NCBI GenBank assembly: GCA_019310725.1
Contig: JAFDDT010000005.1
Location: 1-55,247, forward strand
Origin: Deltaproteobacteria bacterium
Lineage (GTDB): Bacteria > Desulfobacterota > DSM-4660 > Desulfatiglandales > B25-G16
Direction: 5' to 3'
Length of the DNA stretch: 55,247 nt
This document shows, one piece after another, positions 9,302-18,844 of this stretch (the stretch's first letter is position 1; every line of letters begins with the position of its first letter). Below the pieces are notes generated by a model that saw only the letters and a list, made by a program, of their open reading frames with translations, made no database searches and was not told the DNA's origin. Position numbers and translations under genes: made by a program.

Positions 9302-10396
9302 TCACCCAACCATCAGCTTTCTTACCCTATTATCAAGGTATCTGGAAAGGTTAATAGAGGTTTTTGGCGACCACCCAAAAGACTGTTTCCAAACATCGCC
9401 ACTTTCCATGCAGAGATAGATCCCTAAATCCTCATGCCATTTTTTTAATCTTTCCGCTAACTTAGAATACATTTCAATTCTAATTGGCTTAAAATATCTG
9501 AGTTTTCTGTCCAAACCAGTAACAAATTCGCCATCAAAAATCTTTGTTTTCGGAAATCTTCTCTTAATGGCCCATTTAAGGGCTGGCATGTATCTAAAAG
9601 AACCAAGGCTTATCCAGATTATTGATTCCGGATCAATATATTTCTCTAAAAGCCTGACTGGCTCTTCCAGGTCCTCATCCCACCTCGGATAGTAAAACAA
9701 AGGATCAAAATGAAAAGCCAGCACAAAGCCGGCTTTTTGGCAGTCATGGGCGGCGAGAATCCTCTCTCTCAGGCTCGCTGTCTTACGTTCTTCACCAGTT
9801 ACGACACGAGGGCTATTAAGAGACCATGCGACAACGATCCTTTCTCGATGTATGCTTTTGAGTAGCGATTGCACCGAAGAGGTCTTTGTCTTTAGCTCTA
9901 GGATACAGTTTTTCCTATGAGAAAAGACAGGAAGCAGATAATCAGTCCATCCGGTAAGGTAATTGAGCGCGAGGCTGTCAGTAAACTCCCCGGTCCCGAT
10001 CCTGAATATCCTCCCAGGAAAGCTATCGATATATTCGCCTATTTCATCGAGTTTCTCTGGCAGGTTAGTATAAACCCTCAGTGATGGTTGATTAATATAG
10101 GATTGAAGAAAGCAATAACTGCAGTCCATGGGACAGTTAATACCGATATTTAGTATCTGGTAGCCGCAGCAAATATATCTTTTTGTCCCCGGACAAGGTT
10201 TGAGAAACTCCCCTTTGTGATGGATGATCCGGAGGGATTCCTTGTCCATCTCTTCGGTACCCTCAGGTAAAGCCAAATCGTGTGAATCAACAAGTTCTTT
10301 CGGTATATCCGGTAACCTCTTAGGTATCACTTTAGCAAGGGAGTCGCTCTCAGCTCCCCTTTCAATCAAAATCCGCCTGATTGTAAATTGTTTCAT
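9302..10396 (-). CDS. Spore photoproduct lyase-like radical SAM protein
   Basis: CPMDCSYC; RIGTGEFTDSL, LELKTK, WSLN and HFDP as in the SPL family; C-terminal YLCME. Confidence 0.8.
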   Translation of the reverse strand: MKQFTIRRILIERGAESDSLAKVIPKRLPDIPKELVDSHDLALPEGTEEMDKESLRIIHHKGEFLKPCPGTKRYICCGYQILNIGINCPMDCSYCFLQSYINQPSLRVYTNLPEKLDEIGEYIDSFPGRIFRIGTGEFTDSLALNYLTGWTDYLLPVFSHRKNCILELKTKTSSVQSLLKSIHRERIVVAWSLNSPRVVTGEERKTASLRERILAAHDCQKAGFVLAFHFDPLFYYPRWDEDLEEPVRLLEKYIDPESIIWISLGSFRYMPALKWAIKRRFPKTKIFDGEFVTGLDRKLRYFKPIRIEMYSKLAERLKKWHEDLGIYLCMESGDVWKQSFGWSPKTSINLSRYLDNRVRKLMVG

Positions 10397-10408
10397 CGTC
10401 TAAATAGT

Positions 10409-10562
10409 GTCAGTAGTCTGTTGTCAGTCGTTAGTCGCTTTTTAATATTTTCTAACCCCGGTACCTTTTCTTCAACGCCACATGCATTCTTAACTAGAGT
10501 GTTTAATGATGGTTTAAGTTTTCAATAAAACTGGGACCTTCTGCTACGGACAACTAACAACT
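10409..10562. repeat. Inverted degenerate heptamer arrays flanking a ~100 bp spacer
   Basis: AGTAGTC TGTTGTC AGTCGTT AGTCGC on the left; GCTACGGACAACTAACAACT on the right (reverse complement AGTTGTT AGTTGTC CGTAGC). Confidence 0.55.
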
Positions 10563-10563
10563 T

Positions 10564-11556
10564 TCAATGGACATTACCATTGCTAGTTTTCCAAAAATCT
10601 GTAACCCTTTCTAATCCAGATAAGCTATATAAATCAGCTAACTTCTCTTTGAGCTCTTTTCCTTTTGTAAAAACTATTTCAAGCCTATAATTAATACCCT
10701 CAAAAGATGGCGGGGGGATTATTTTCACCCTTTCAGGAAGAGGGAGCGCAGAAACGCCCTTGATAAATTCACTTTCTGCCTTCATAAGAGATGGAAATCG
10801 TCTTGTTTTGAGTACTTTCACTATGGTCTTCAATTTTTGGGGGTTGCTCATCCTATTACTGTGCAAAATCTCTGTGACTTCTCTTTCATTTATAACCTCC
10901 TCTATTGACCGCCCTTCCCTGCTGGCAATTTCCATTATCCACTGAATGGCTTCCCATTGTTGATTGAAACTCCATTTGAAGGCCATGAATAACTCATTGA
11001 TCTTTAGGCGATCCTTTGTATCAAGGCTCATCATTGGGCCCGCTACTCTTAGTGACAGCCTCTCCGCGGAAATAGAGTGCCTTATTGGCTCCTCAAGCCC
11101 CTCCAAACCCAGGAATAGCTTTAGTGTTTGTCTGTTGGCGGGGATATCTAGCATGGGCATGAATTGTGTTATTATTTGTTCATGCTCAACGAAACGGGTA
11201 AGCCTCTGCAAAACCATTGCCTTTTCAATCGCATTCATTTTTCGTTGAAGGAGATTGTCATATAGGTTGAGCAAAAATGCCTTAAAGGGAGGATAACCAT
11301 GGGGCAACACCTGGCAGACTATATCGGACCATCCTAACTCCTTTGCCGCCAGTAATCTGCGATATCCTGCGACCACTGTGTAGTGGCTCTCTGAATCTTC
11401 CATCAAGTAAGGCGGGTTTAGCACACCAAATTCCTCAATGGAGGCCTTAAGTTGCTCCAGCCTGAAATCAAAGCTCATACAAAACCTACCTGGATCCAGA
11501 TCAATTTCCCATAGAGCTATCTTTACAGGGGTGCTTTCTAATGAATTTTTTTCCAT
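10564..11556 (-). CDS. ParB N-terminal (ParB/Srx) domain protein, orphan
   Basis: LKASIEEFGVLNPP (box I), VVAGYRRLLAAKELG (box II), YDNLLQRKMNAIEKA. RBS GGAGG precedes ATG 11556. Confidence 0.8.
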   Translation of the reverse strand: MEKNSLESTPVKIALWEIDLDPGRFCMSFDFRLEQLKASIEEFGVLNPPYLMEDSESHYTVVAGYRRLLAAKELGWSDIVCQVLPHGYPPFKAFLLNLYDNLLQRKMNAIEKAMVLQRLTRFVEHEQIITQFMPMLDIPANRQTLKLFLGLEGLEEPIRHSISAERLSLRVAGPMMSLDTKDRLKINELFMAFKWSFNQQWEAIQWIMEIASREGRSIEEVINEREVTEILHSNRMSNPQKLKTIVKVLKTRRFPSLMKAESEFIKGVSALPLPERVKIIPPPSFEGINYRLEIVFTKGKELKEKLADLYSLSGLERVTDFWKTSNGNVH

Positions 11557-11789
11557 TCTAATCACCTCCAACAAGGGTCTCTGTCTAATACTATGAGCCC
11601 CTTACCAGTTGGCAAAATCGTTTACAAGGAGCAAAGGTCTTGGCGTTTCAATAACAACCTCTTCTCAAGAACCTTATAACCTACCTGGGGAATGATTTCT
11701 CAAAAGGAGGCAGTGAGATAGGAACTACTTAACAAATATCTTGTAACTATTCGTAATAACATAGATATTCTTTGGTATTCAAAAAAGCG

Positions 11790-11818
11790 TTGACAAACGA
11801 TTCACAACAAAGTAAACA
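11790..11818 (+). promoter_or_regulatory. -35 box overlapping a Rex-like operator
   Basis: TTGACAA-ACGA-TTCACAA versus Rex TTGTGAA-N4-TTCACAA (2 mismatches); weak -10 TAAACA at 17 bp. Confidence 0.35.
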
Positions 11819-12060
11819 GGACATTAGAAACGGCAAGTAGGAGTTTAAAATTTCTTTGCCCGGCAGAAATGCTTTTTTCAACCTGTTTTCTCCAGAGATC
11901 TCTACTTGCCTTTTTTTTCAAAGGTTTCAGGGAATCTCAAAAGGCCTGCCATGTGAACTTCACATACGGGCTTTTCTTGTATTTATTGCTATGGTTTATT
12001 TCCTAAATAAACCACTAACCACATTTTTCCAACGAAAAACTCAAAAAGGGAGGAAGAATC

Positions 12061-13341
12061 ATGAAAAGAAACTATTTAAAAACTGCTATGATTTTTTTTG
12101 CATGCTTTGGTTTTCTTTTGGCAACGAATGCGTTAGCAGCACCAAAAAAAATAGTCATTGGGCACCCGGCATGCCTCTCAGGAAAGTATGCAAAGGCAGG
12201 TGAACAGGCCATTGGAGGAGTAAAGGCGTGTATTGATTGGGTGAACAATGTCTATGGTGGCGTTCAAGTAGCAGGGAAAAAGCTCCCACTTGCATACAAA
12301 TACTACGATTGTGAGTCCAAAAAAGAGGCTGTCACAAGCCTTATTGCGCGGTTGATAACTGTCAACAAAGTGAACGTTGTTTTCTCCGCATATAGCTCGG
12401 GGCTCACGCTTAGGGGAGCTCCTGTGGCCGAAAGCCATGGAATGCTCTACATGGATCATGGGGGCGCGAACAACAAAATATTCCGGCAGGGTTTCAAATA
12501 CATAGTCCAAACCATTGGACCTGCCACCAACTATCACCAGGGAACACTCAATATGATTCAAAAGGTTGACCCCAAGGCCAAGAAGGTTGCACTGGCCTAT
12601 GAGGATTCAGAGTTTGCAAAAATGGTGATGCATGGGGCAGAAGGACATGCCAAAAAACTCGGTTTTAATGTTGTTTTTAAGCGGACGTATCCAAAGGGTG
12701 TAACAGATCTGACCCCCTTGCTCTCAGCTTTGAAAGCGAGCAAACCAGACTTCATTATCGGCGGGGGTCACTTTGAGGATGGCCAGCTTTTTAACAGACA
12801 GATGGCTGATCTGGATATAGATGTTAAAGCCCTATCTTTGATAGCAGCAGCAACACTGCCTGCCTTCTATAAAGCATTAACAAGTATGGCAGAAGGTGTT
12901 ATGGGACCTTCACATTGGGAATACGGCGTAAAATACTCGGTTGAGGAGGCTAAGAAAGTGGGATTGAATTGGATTGGACCAGACCAGGATGAATTTGTAG
13001 CCCTTTTTAAAAAGGCCTTGGGCAAAGAGATTATCCCGGATTATCATGCTGCAGAAGCAGGCGCCCAAGTGTTAGCCTATGTATTAGCTGTGGAGAAGGC
13101 AGATTCCCTTGATACGCGAAAAGTGAGGGCGGCCCTTGGCGATCTCACCTTTATGTCGTTTTATGGTGGCTGGGATGTTGACGACACAGGACTTCAGGTT
13201 GGGCATTCAATGGTGGACGTGCAATGGCAGATGGGCAAACGAATTATAGTCTGGCCTAAAGAAGCCCAAACCGGGGACGTAGCTTACCCCATGCCTACTT
13301 TCGCCGAAAAAGCAAGGGGGAAGGTAGCACTTCCAAGATAA
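12061..13341 (+). CDS. livK: Branched-chain amino acid-type ABC transporter substrate-binding protein
   Basis: Signal peptide; LSGKYA and YYDCES...YSSGLT periplasmic binding fold; operon context. Confidence 0.85.
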   Translation: MKRNYLKTAMIFFACFGFLLATNALAAPKKIVIGHPACLSGKYAKAGEQAIGGVKACIDWVNNVYGGVQVAGKKLPLAYKYYDCESKKEAVTSLIARLITVNKVNVVFSAYSSGLTLRGAPVAESHGMLYMDHGGANNKIFRQGFKYIVQTIGPATNYHQGTLNMIQKVDPKAKKVALAYEDSEFAKMVMHGAEGHAKKLGFNVVFKRTYPKGVTDLTPLLSALKASKPDFIIGGGHFEDGQLFNRQMADLDIDVKALSLIAAATLPAFYKALTSMAEGVMGPSHWEYGVKYSVEEAKKVGLNWIGPDQDEFVALFKKALGKEIIPDYHAAEAGAQVLAYVLAVEKADSLDTRKVRAALGDLTFMSFYGGWDVDDTGLQVGHSMVDVQWQMGKRIIVWPKEAQTGDVAYPMPTFAEKARGKVALPR

Positions 13342-13348
13342 AAAACAT

Positions 13349-13395
13349 AATCGCCCTCTATCAAAAAAGATCTCTTGGTGGGGGGCAATTTTTAT
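13349..13395 (+). terminator. Intercistronic stem-loop after the binding-protein gene
   Basis: GCCCTCTATCAA / TTGGTGGGGGGC stem (with GU pairs) followed by AATTTTTAT. Confidence 0.5.
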
Positions 13396-13443
13396 CTCAT
13401 GAAAAGAACGCTCTAAAAGCAATAATTATGAGGGAATGATAGA

Positions 13444-14331
13444 ATGCTCTTAGAACAGCTAAGCGGCAATCTCATCCAGGGCATTATACTGGGTGCGGTT
13501 TATGGTATGGCTACCATGGGCCTCAGCCTTATCTTTGGCGTCCTTAAGGTTGTTAATGTGGGGCACGGGGCCTTTATTATGGTTGGGGCATTTGTTACCC
13601 TCTGGCTATTCAATGCCCTTGGAATCAATCCAATAATTGCTCTCCCTGGTGCCTTTGTCATAGGTATGGGACTGGGCCTTATATTTTACTATACAACCAT
13701 GCAGCGGTTAATCAAGGCCCCAGAGCTTGCCACTCTGTTGGCCACTTTTTCCATCGGGATATTACTTGAAGAGCTTGTGAAGCTTATCTTCGGATCGGAA
13801 TTTCGCGGCTATAATTGGGTTGTAGGCAAAATAGACATTGGTGTAACAGTTTTGCCCCTGTCAAAATTGTATGCCTGCATTGGCAGTGTAATTATCGCCC
13901 TTCTTCTCTACTTGTGGTTCAAGAAGACTCGAGCAGGATCAGCCATACGAAGTGTTGTCGAGGATAGCGAAGGAGCGAGAGTGTGCGGTGTAAATGTGGG
14001 AGGGGCCTATGCCTTGAGCTTTGCATTGGGAATTGGGCTAACTGTTTCAAGTGGTGTGCTTCTCACCATGTTTATCCCGGTTGGCATCAATCCTTATATG
14101 GGAGGAGGATATACGCTGAAGGCATTTGTTATTGCTGTCTTGGGCGGTCTTTCATCTCCCTATGGGGCGTTTTTCGGGGGACTGGTCTTTGGGTTAATTG
14201 AGAATGGATCCTACACGCTATTTGCCTTAATCCCTGGGGTGGAACCGTTTGCCCTGACGCGGTTTTTGTCTTTTGTGATATTATTGGCCATACTTCTTAT
14301 TAAACCGACTGGACTTCTGAGTACAAAATGA
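13444..14331 (+). CDS. livH: ABC permease, LivH-type
   Basis: GLSLIFGVLKVVNVGHG, LKAFVIAVLGG. Confidence 0.9.
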   Translation: MLLEQLSGNLIQGIILGAVYGMATMGLSLIFGVLKVVNVGHGAFIMVGAFVTLWLFNALGINPIIALPGAFVIGMGLGLIFYYTTMQRLIKAPELATLLATFSIGILLEELVKLIFGSEFRGYNWVVGKIDIGVTVLPLSKLYACIGSVIIALLLYLWFKKTRAGSAIRSVVEDSEGARVCGVNVGGAYALSFALGIGLTVSSGVLLTMFIPVGINPYMGGGYTLKAFVIAVLGGLSSPYGAFFGGLVFGLIENGSYTLFALIPGVEPFALTRFLSFVILLAILLIKPTGLLSTK

Positions 14332-15329
14332 AAAAAGAAATCACTAAGTACTATCCTTTGATACCTGTATTTGCAGCATACCTTTTGCTTTTTTTAATCG
14401 GTAGAAACATTTCTGGGATGTGGCAATTGGTGGCTATGCTCTTATTCTACTGTGCCCTTGGACAGGCGTTTAATATTTTCCTCGGCATGACCGGGTACGT
14501 AGATTTTGGTTATGTTGCTTTTATGGGTATTGGAACCTACGGGATGGCACTGGCAATTACAAAACTTGCCCATATTGAAGGGCTGGGAATAGGAATTATC
14601 ATAATCGGTTTTATCCTGGCATTATTAATGTCCACCCTGTTGTCTGTGGCTGTGGGGGCAGTCGCGCTGAGACTTCGAGGGGCTTACTTTGCCATTGCCA
14701 CAATCGGTGTGAATGAAGGGTTCCGGTTTCTTATTGAAGGGGCAAGAATATGGAATGGTTCTGAGGGTCTAATATTTACTGCCCAACTCAACGAGATCCT
14801 TGGAAGAGAAGCCGCCAGTAGTCTAATGACCTATTGGGCTGACATCATGGTGCTTATCATTGCGGCATTGGCTGCTTTTGTAACCCTATATTACATGAGA
14901 AGCAAGATCGGCTATGCACTAACCGCCTTAAGAGAAGATGAAGATGCTGCCAAGGTGATGGGCATCAATGTTACCAAATACAAGATTATAGCTTTCATCA
15001 CAAGCGCCTGTTTTGCGGGTCTGGTAGGAGCCACTTCATGGGCGTTAAAAACCCCTTATGTATTTCCGCCCGAGGTTTTTGAGATCCATTATACAATAGA
15101 GGCTATTATTATTGTTCTCCTTGGCGGTGCCGGCACCCTTTTAGGGCCTGTCGCAGGCGGGCTTATCTATGGCATTTCAAAATATTATCTCGCGATATTC
15201 ATGCCGGGATTTCAGCTACTGATTTTTGCGCCAATTATCATCATCATTATTGTGTTATTCCCAGAGGGGGTGGTCGGGATGTTAAAATACAGGTTGAAGG
15301 ATTCAGCTCTAGCCAGGTTTATTATTTAG
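14328..15329 (+). CDS. livM: ABC permease, LivM-type
   Basis: LRLRGAYFAIAT, ALREDEDAA, LLGGAGT. Confidence 0.9.
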   Translation: MKKEITKYYPLIPVFAAYLLLFLIGRNISGMWQLVAMLLFYCALGQAFNIFLGMTGYVDFGYVAFMGIGTYGMALAITKLAHIEGLGIGIIIIGFILALLMSTLLSVAVGAVALRLRGAYFAIATIGVNEGFRFLIEGARIWNGSEGLIFTAQLNEILGREAASSLMTYWADIMVLIIAALAAFVTLYYMRSKIGYALTALREDEDAAKVMGINVTKYKIIAFITSACFAGLVGATSWALKTPYVFPPEVFEIHYTIEAIIIVLLGGAGTLLGPVAGGLIYGISKYYLAIFMPGFQLLIFAPIIIIIIVLFPEGVVGMLKYRLKDSALARFII

Positions 15330-15337
15330 GTGACGAT

Positions 15338-16078
15338 ATGCCTTTATTAAAACTTGAAAATGTAACAAAACGCTTTGGTGGCTTGACAGCAGTGAATCAT
15401 GTGAGTTTGGAGATTGACCACGGTGAGTTTATTGGAATAGTTGGTCCAAACGGTAGCGGAAAAACCACTCTTTTCAATGTTATCAGCGGGGTTTATTTTC
15501 CAGAAGAAGGGAGTGTTATTTTCGATGATCTGGATATTACGCTTCTCCCACCCTATAAAAGAGCACCCCTTGGGATCGGGAGAACATTTCAGATTCCCAG
15601 GCCATTTGGCTCGGCCAGTGTAAGAGAAAACATAGCTGTTGGGGCAATGTTCGGTACCCTCAGTGGAAAGGTTAGCGTAGACGAGTCCTTGCAGATAGCA
15701 GATCAAACGATTGAGCGGGTTCGCCTTCAAGAACACAGGGATAAGCCAGCAGGCACACTAACACCTGTGGAAAAGAAACTGATGGAGATTGCCAGGGCCT
15801 TGGCAATGAAGCCAAAGCTCCTCCTCATGGATGAAGCAATGGCAGGAATGCACCCGAACGACATCGATCAAATGGTTGCGTTTATCAAACAAATTGCAGT
15901 TGAAGAGAAAATAGCCATCGTTTCCATGGTTGAGCATATCATGCGGGCGGTAGTCGGGATGGCAGAAAAGGTGATCGTATTGCATCAAGGCTCCAAAATA
16001 GTTGATGCCCCTACCAAGGAAGCCCTGGAAGACCCAAAAGTTGTGGAGGTATACTTAGGTCATCCACCGGAGGAATAA
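15338..16078 (+). CDS. livG: ABC ATPase, LivG-type
   Basis: KRFGGLTAV, GPNGSGKTT, RTFQ, LLLMDE, V.EVYLG. Confidence 0.92.
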   Translation: MPLLKLENVTKRFGGLTAVNHVSLEIDHGEFIGIVGPNGSGKTTLFNVISGVYFPEEGSVIFDDLDITLLPPYKRAPLGIGRTFQIPRPFGSASVRENIAVGAMFGTLSGKVSVDESLQIADQTIERVRLQEHRDKPAGTLTPVEKKLMEIARALAMKPKLLLMDEAMAGMHPNDIDQMVAFIKQIAVEEKIAIVSMVEHIMRAVVGMAEKVIVLHQGSKIVDAPTKEALEDPKVVEVYLGHPPEE

Positions 16079-16080
16079 AG

Positions 16081-16788
16081 ATGTTAACTGTTCAAGAACT
16101 CGAATCAGGTTATGGTCCTATGCAAGTGTTGTGGAAGCCGAGCCTTCAAGTTAAAAAAGGAACAGTAACCGCACTCCTTGGACCGAATGGGGTTGGTAAA
16201 AGCACTTTTCTTTCTACTGTTTTTGGTTCTGTTGAGCCCTGGGGGGGCATAATTCAGTATGAGGAAAAAGATGTCACTGCCTTGCCAACACATAAAAAGG
16301 TAGAAATGGGAATGGCATTAGTGCCTGAGGGAAAGCACCTGTTTCCTAACATGAATGTGCACGAAAATCTTGCCATGGGCGCATACGTGAAGAAAGCCCT
16401 TGAACATAAAGAGGAATCCATGGACCTTGTGTATAACTTGTTTCCCCGCCTGAAAGAAAGACATAAGCAGATGGCTGGATCTCTGAGCGGCGGTGAACAA
16501 CAGATGGTAACAATCGCTCGAGCCCTAATGACAAAACCCCAATTAATAATGCTTGATGAACCAAGTCAAGGCCTGGCTCCTGTACTTGTGCAGTCTGTTT
16601 TTGAAACGATACAAAAAATGCGGGATGAGATAGGTTTAACTATCCTGCTTGTAGAGCAAAACGCAGATGCTGCCTTAAATGCAGCCAGCTATGTTTATAT
16701 TATGCATGAAGGCCTGATCAAAGCAGAAGGAAATCCGGAAGAGATAAAGGGCTCTTCGGATATAAGAGAAGCCTATCTGGGAATATAG
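16081..16788 (+). CDS. livF: ABC ATPase, LivF-type
   Basis: GPNGVGKST, LSGGEQQM, LDEPSQGLAP, LLVEQN. Confidence 0.92.
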   Translation: MLTVQELESGYGPMQVLWKPSLQVKKGTVTALLGPNGVGKSTFLSTVFGSVEPWGGIIQYEEKDVTALPTHKKVEMGMALVPEGKHLFPNMNVHENLAMGAYVKKALEHKEESMDLVYNLFPRLKERHKQMAGSLSGGEQQMVTIARALMTKPQLIMLDEPSQGLAPVLVQSVFETIQKMRDEIGLTILLVEQNADAALNAASYVYIMHEGLIKAEGNPEEIKGSSDIREAYLGI

Positions 16789-16806
16789 GTATTCTCCCTT
16801 TTACTC

Positions 16807-17256
16807 TTACTTATGCACCAACTCTTGATACGCCTCCTGAATTTCTTTGAATTTCTTCTCGGCCAAAATCTTGAATTCATCTCCGAGATGATTTACCTTG
16901 TCTGGATGGTATTTCAAGGCCAGTTTTCTGTAGGCTGCCTTGACTTCATTGAGTGGGGCACCTTTTTCTACCCCTAAAATTTGATATGGATCACGTTTTG
17001 AGAATCTTGGATCCGTTTGGGCCTTCTGTTGCTGCTCCTCTTGGTAGTATTCCCGTTTGGTGCCCTTCCCTTCCTGGTGGTAAGCCTCCTCATACCTGGG
17101 TCTCATCTTGGCTCGGCGGTAAATAAAATGATACCAGTACAGGACCCCCAATATTATCAAGTCATCAATCCATCCCAAGCCTGGAAAAAAATCAGGCAGG
17201 ATATCGTAAGGGGAAATTACATACAGTATTAAAATCAGATAGATCAGGTATTTCAT
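16807..17256 (-). CDS. DUF1232 (YkvA) membrane domain fused to a J-domain
   Basis: [21 protein letters not shown]; DPYQILGV...YHPD...IQEAY. Confidence 0.85.
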   Translation of the reverse strand: MKYLIYLILILYVISPYDILPDFFPGLGWIDDLIILGVLYWYHFIYRRAKMRPRYEEAYHQEGKGTKREYYQEEQQQKAQTDPRFSKRDPYQILGVEKGAPLNEVKAAYRKLALKYHPDKVNHLGDEFKILAEKKFKEIQEAYQELVHK

Positions 17257-17271
17257 TTGGCAAGAATTTTT

Positions 17272-18228
17272 TCAAAGGCTTATCTTTGTGCCAACGCTAT
17301 TAAGGATGAAGGATGCAGGAAATTCCTGAGAGAATCTCTTAATAGCCTCCCAGCCCGTGCAATGCATGGGGATGATGACTTCCGGTTTAATCTTCTTAAA
17401 TTCTGTAATCGTTTTCTCTATTATAGGCTCAAAAACGGGGCCTGAAAGATGAAAACCACCCAAGACGGCATGTATTGTATTGATCCCTGTTATCTTTTTG
17501 GCATAAAAAACAGTATTGATAATGCCAGAATGAGCGCATCCAGAGATCACTACCAGGCCCTTTTCTTTTAGATTTATTGCAAGGGCCTGATCATCGCGTA
17601 TGGGGTCAGGCTCTATCTTTCCATCCCTTTCCAAAGAGGCATTCGGTAACCCCTTTTCGAATTCCGTTACCCTTTCCACCTCGCCCGTCACCAGTATCAT
17701 GCCATCTGCCAGCAGAGATGGGGAGCTCTTTTCAGCAATCTGAATGCCCGCACTCTCCATATCCTCCCTTATAAGGGTTTGGGGGAACCTCAGTTTCCTC
17801 CCATCATCCAGTCCAAAGAAGCGGGGGGAAATAAAGGCATCAGGGTGGACCGTTAACGGGATAGATTTCCCCAGACTCTTAACTATAGGATACAATGCAC
17901 CAGTATGATCCATATGACCATGGCTAATGACTATCGCCTCTATCTGCCCTAGATCTAACCCTAGAATCTCCACGTTATGGAGAACGCCAACCTTGGTATA
18001 GCCGCAATCAAAAAGAATAGTGTGAGATTCCTCACCGCTCTTTACCGTGACCAGAAGAGAGAGGCCATGCTCGGCCAACAGGGCATCATCGGGAATCTCT
18101 CCGCCCATTGCCAATGGAGGTCTCGTAGCGACAGGAGAGTTCCTGAGAAGAACATCTACATAGTTGTCCATCAGGGTAACAACCTCAACGGCCTCTACCT
18201 CTTTCAATCTATTTGCCAGCTCATTCAT
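17272..18228 (-). CDS. Metallo-beta-lactamase fold hydrolase (COG1237)
   Basis: AEHGLS, SHGHMDH, SGCAHSG, GGFHL, PMHCTG. RBS precedes ATG 18228. Confidence 0.88.
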   Translation of the reverse strand: MNELANRLKEVEAVEVVTLMDNYVDVLLRNSPVATRPPLAMGGEIPDDALLAEHGLSLLVTVKSGEESHTILFDCGYTKVGVLHNVEILGLDLGQIEAIVISHGHMDHTGALYPIVKSLGKSIPLTVHPDAFISPRFFGLDDGRKLRFPQTLIREDMESAGIQIAEKSSPSLLADGMILVTGEVERVTEFEKGLPNASLERDGKIEPDPIRDDQALAINLKEKGLVVISGCAHSGIINTVFYAKKITGINTIHAVLGGFHLSGPVFEPIIEKTITEFKKIKPEVIIPMHCTGWEAIKRFSQEFPASFILNSVGTKISL

Positions 18229-18262
18229 TACCGCTGCCTCCTTCCCCCTCAAGAAAACAATC

Positions 18263-18380
18263 CTAACTGTTCAGGTAGCCACAAAGGCTAGATATGAGTT
18301 TTTCACCTTATTTGAAAAGCCTGCCAGCCATCGCGAGCCGCTCATGCGAGGCGGGCGGGTCTTGGTGCCTTTGTGGCAAG
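18263..18380. repeat. Nested palindromic element
   Basis: GCCACAAAGGC (18278-18288) / GCCTTTGTGGC (18367-18377) enclosing the hairpin CCTGCCAGCCATCGCGAGCCGCTCATGCGAGGCGGGCGGG; left end CTAACTGTTCAG. Confidence 0.55.
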
Positions 18381-18611
18381 ATAGCTGTGTTAATCTAACT
18401 ATACAACAAAACCTGTTTTCACTACAACAATTCTTGAATTTATCTCTTTTTATTGCCTCTCATCCCAACAGAATGCATTCTCGCTAATCGCCTCAGCAGC
18501 TCTCTCGGCATAGTCTGATGTCTTTGAACCCAGATCTTGCAGTGGCCATCTACTGCGGCTTTAGAACCTTGCTGCAACGCTTGTCTCGCAAAGGTTTCTT
18601 GTGCCTCGCTA

Positions 18612-18794
18612 CTATGCCTCCTGAGCTGACGTTGAAAGCCTCTGTGCGGTATCATTTTTGATATATTTGAAATCAGGCAGGTAAATGTCAACGATTCCGG
18701 CAGGCTTTCGGGTCGTTTCAAAGAGATCATACGCACCGGTATTGTACACGATGGGGATCTTCAGGCCTTGAGCAAAAACTGTGGGCAATGCCTC
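18612..18794 (-). pseudogene. Fragment of a PflX-like radical SAM gene
   Basis: EALPTVFAQGLKIPIVYNTGAYD...GIVDIYLPDFKY; no CxxxCxxC N-terminus; early stop. Confidence 0.7.
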
Positions 18795-18815
18795 TTTTTT
18801 CGTACCTTTTTTGCA

Positions 18816-18844
18816 TTGACACAGAGGAATCAATTTCGTAATGT
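18816..18844 (+). promoter_or_regulatory. Putative sigma70 promoter
   Basis: TTGACA-17 bp-TAATGT upstream of 18962. Confidence 0.45.

Noticed and set aside
11856-12203. 115-aa ORF overlapping livK
   Set aside because: Out-of-frame overlap and low-complexity Phe-rich translation of leader DNA.
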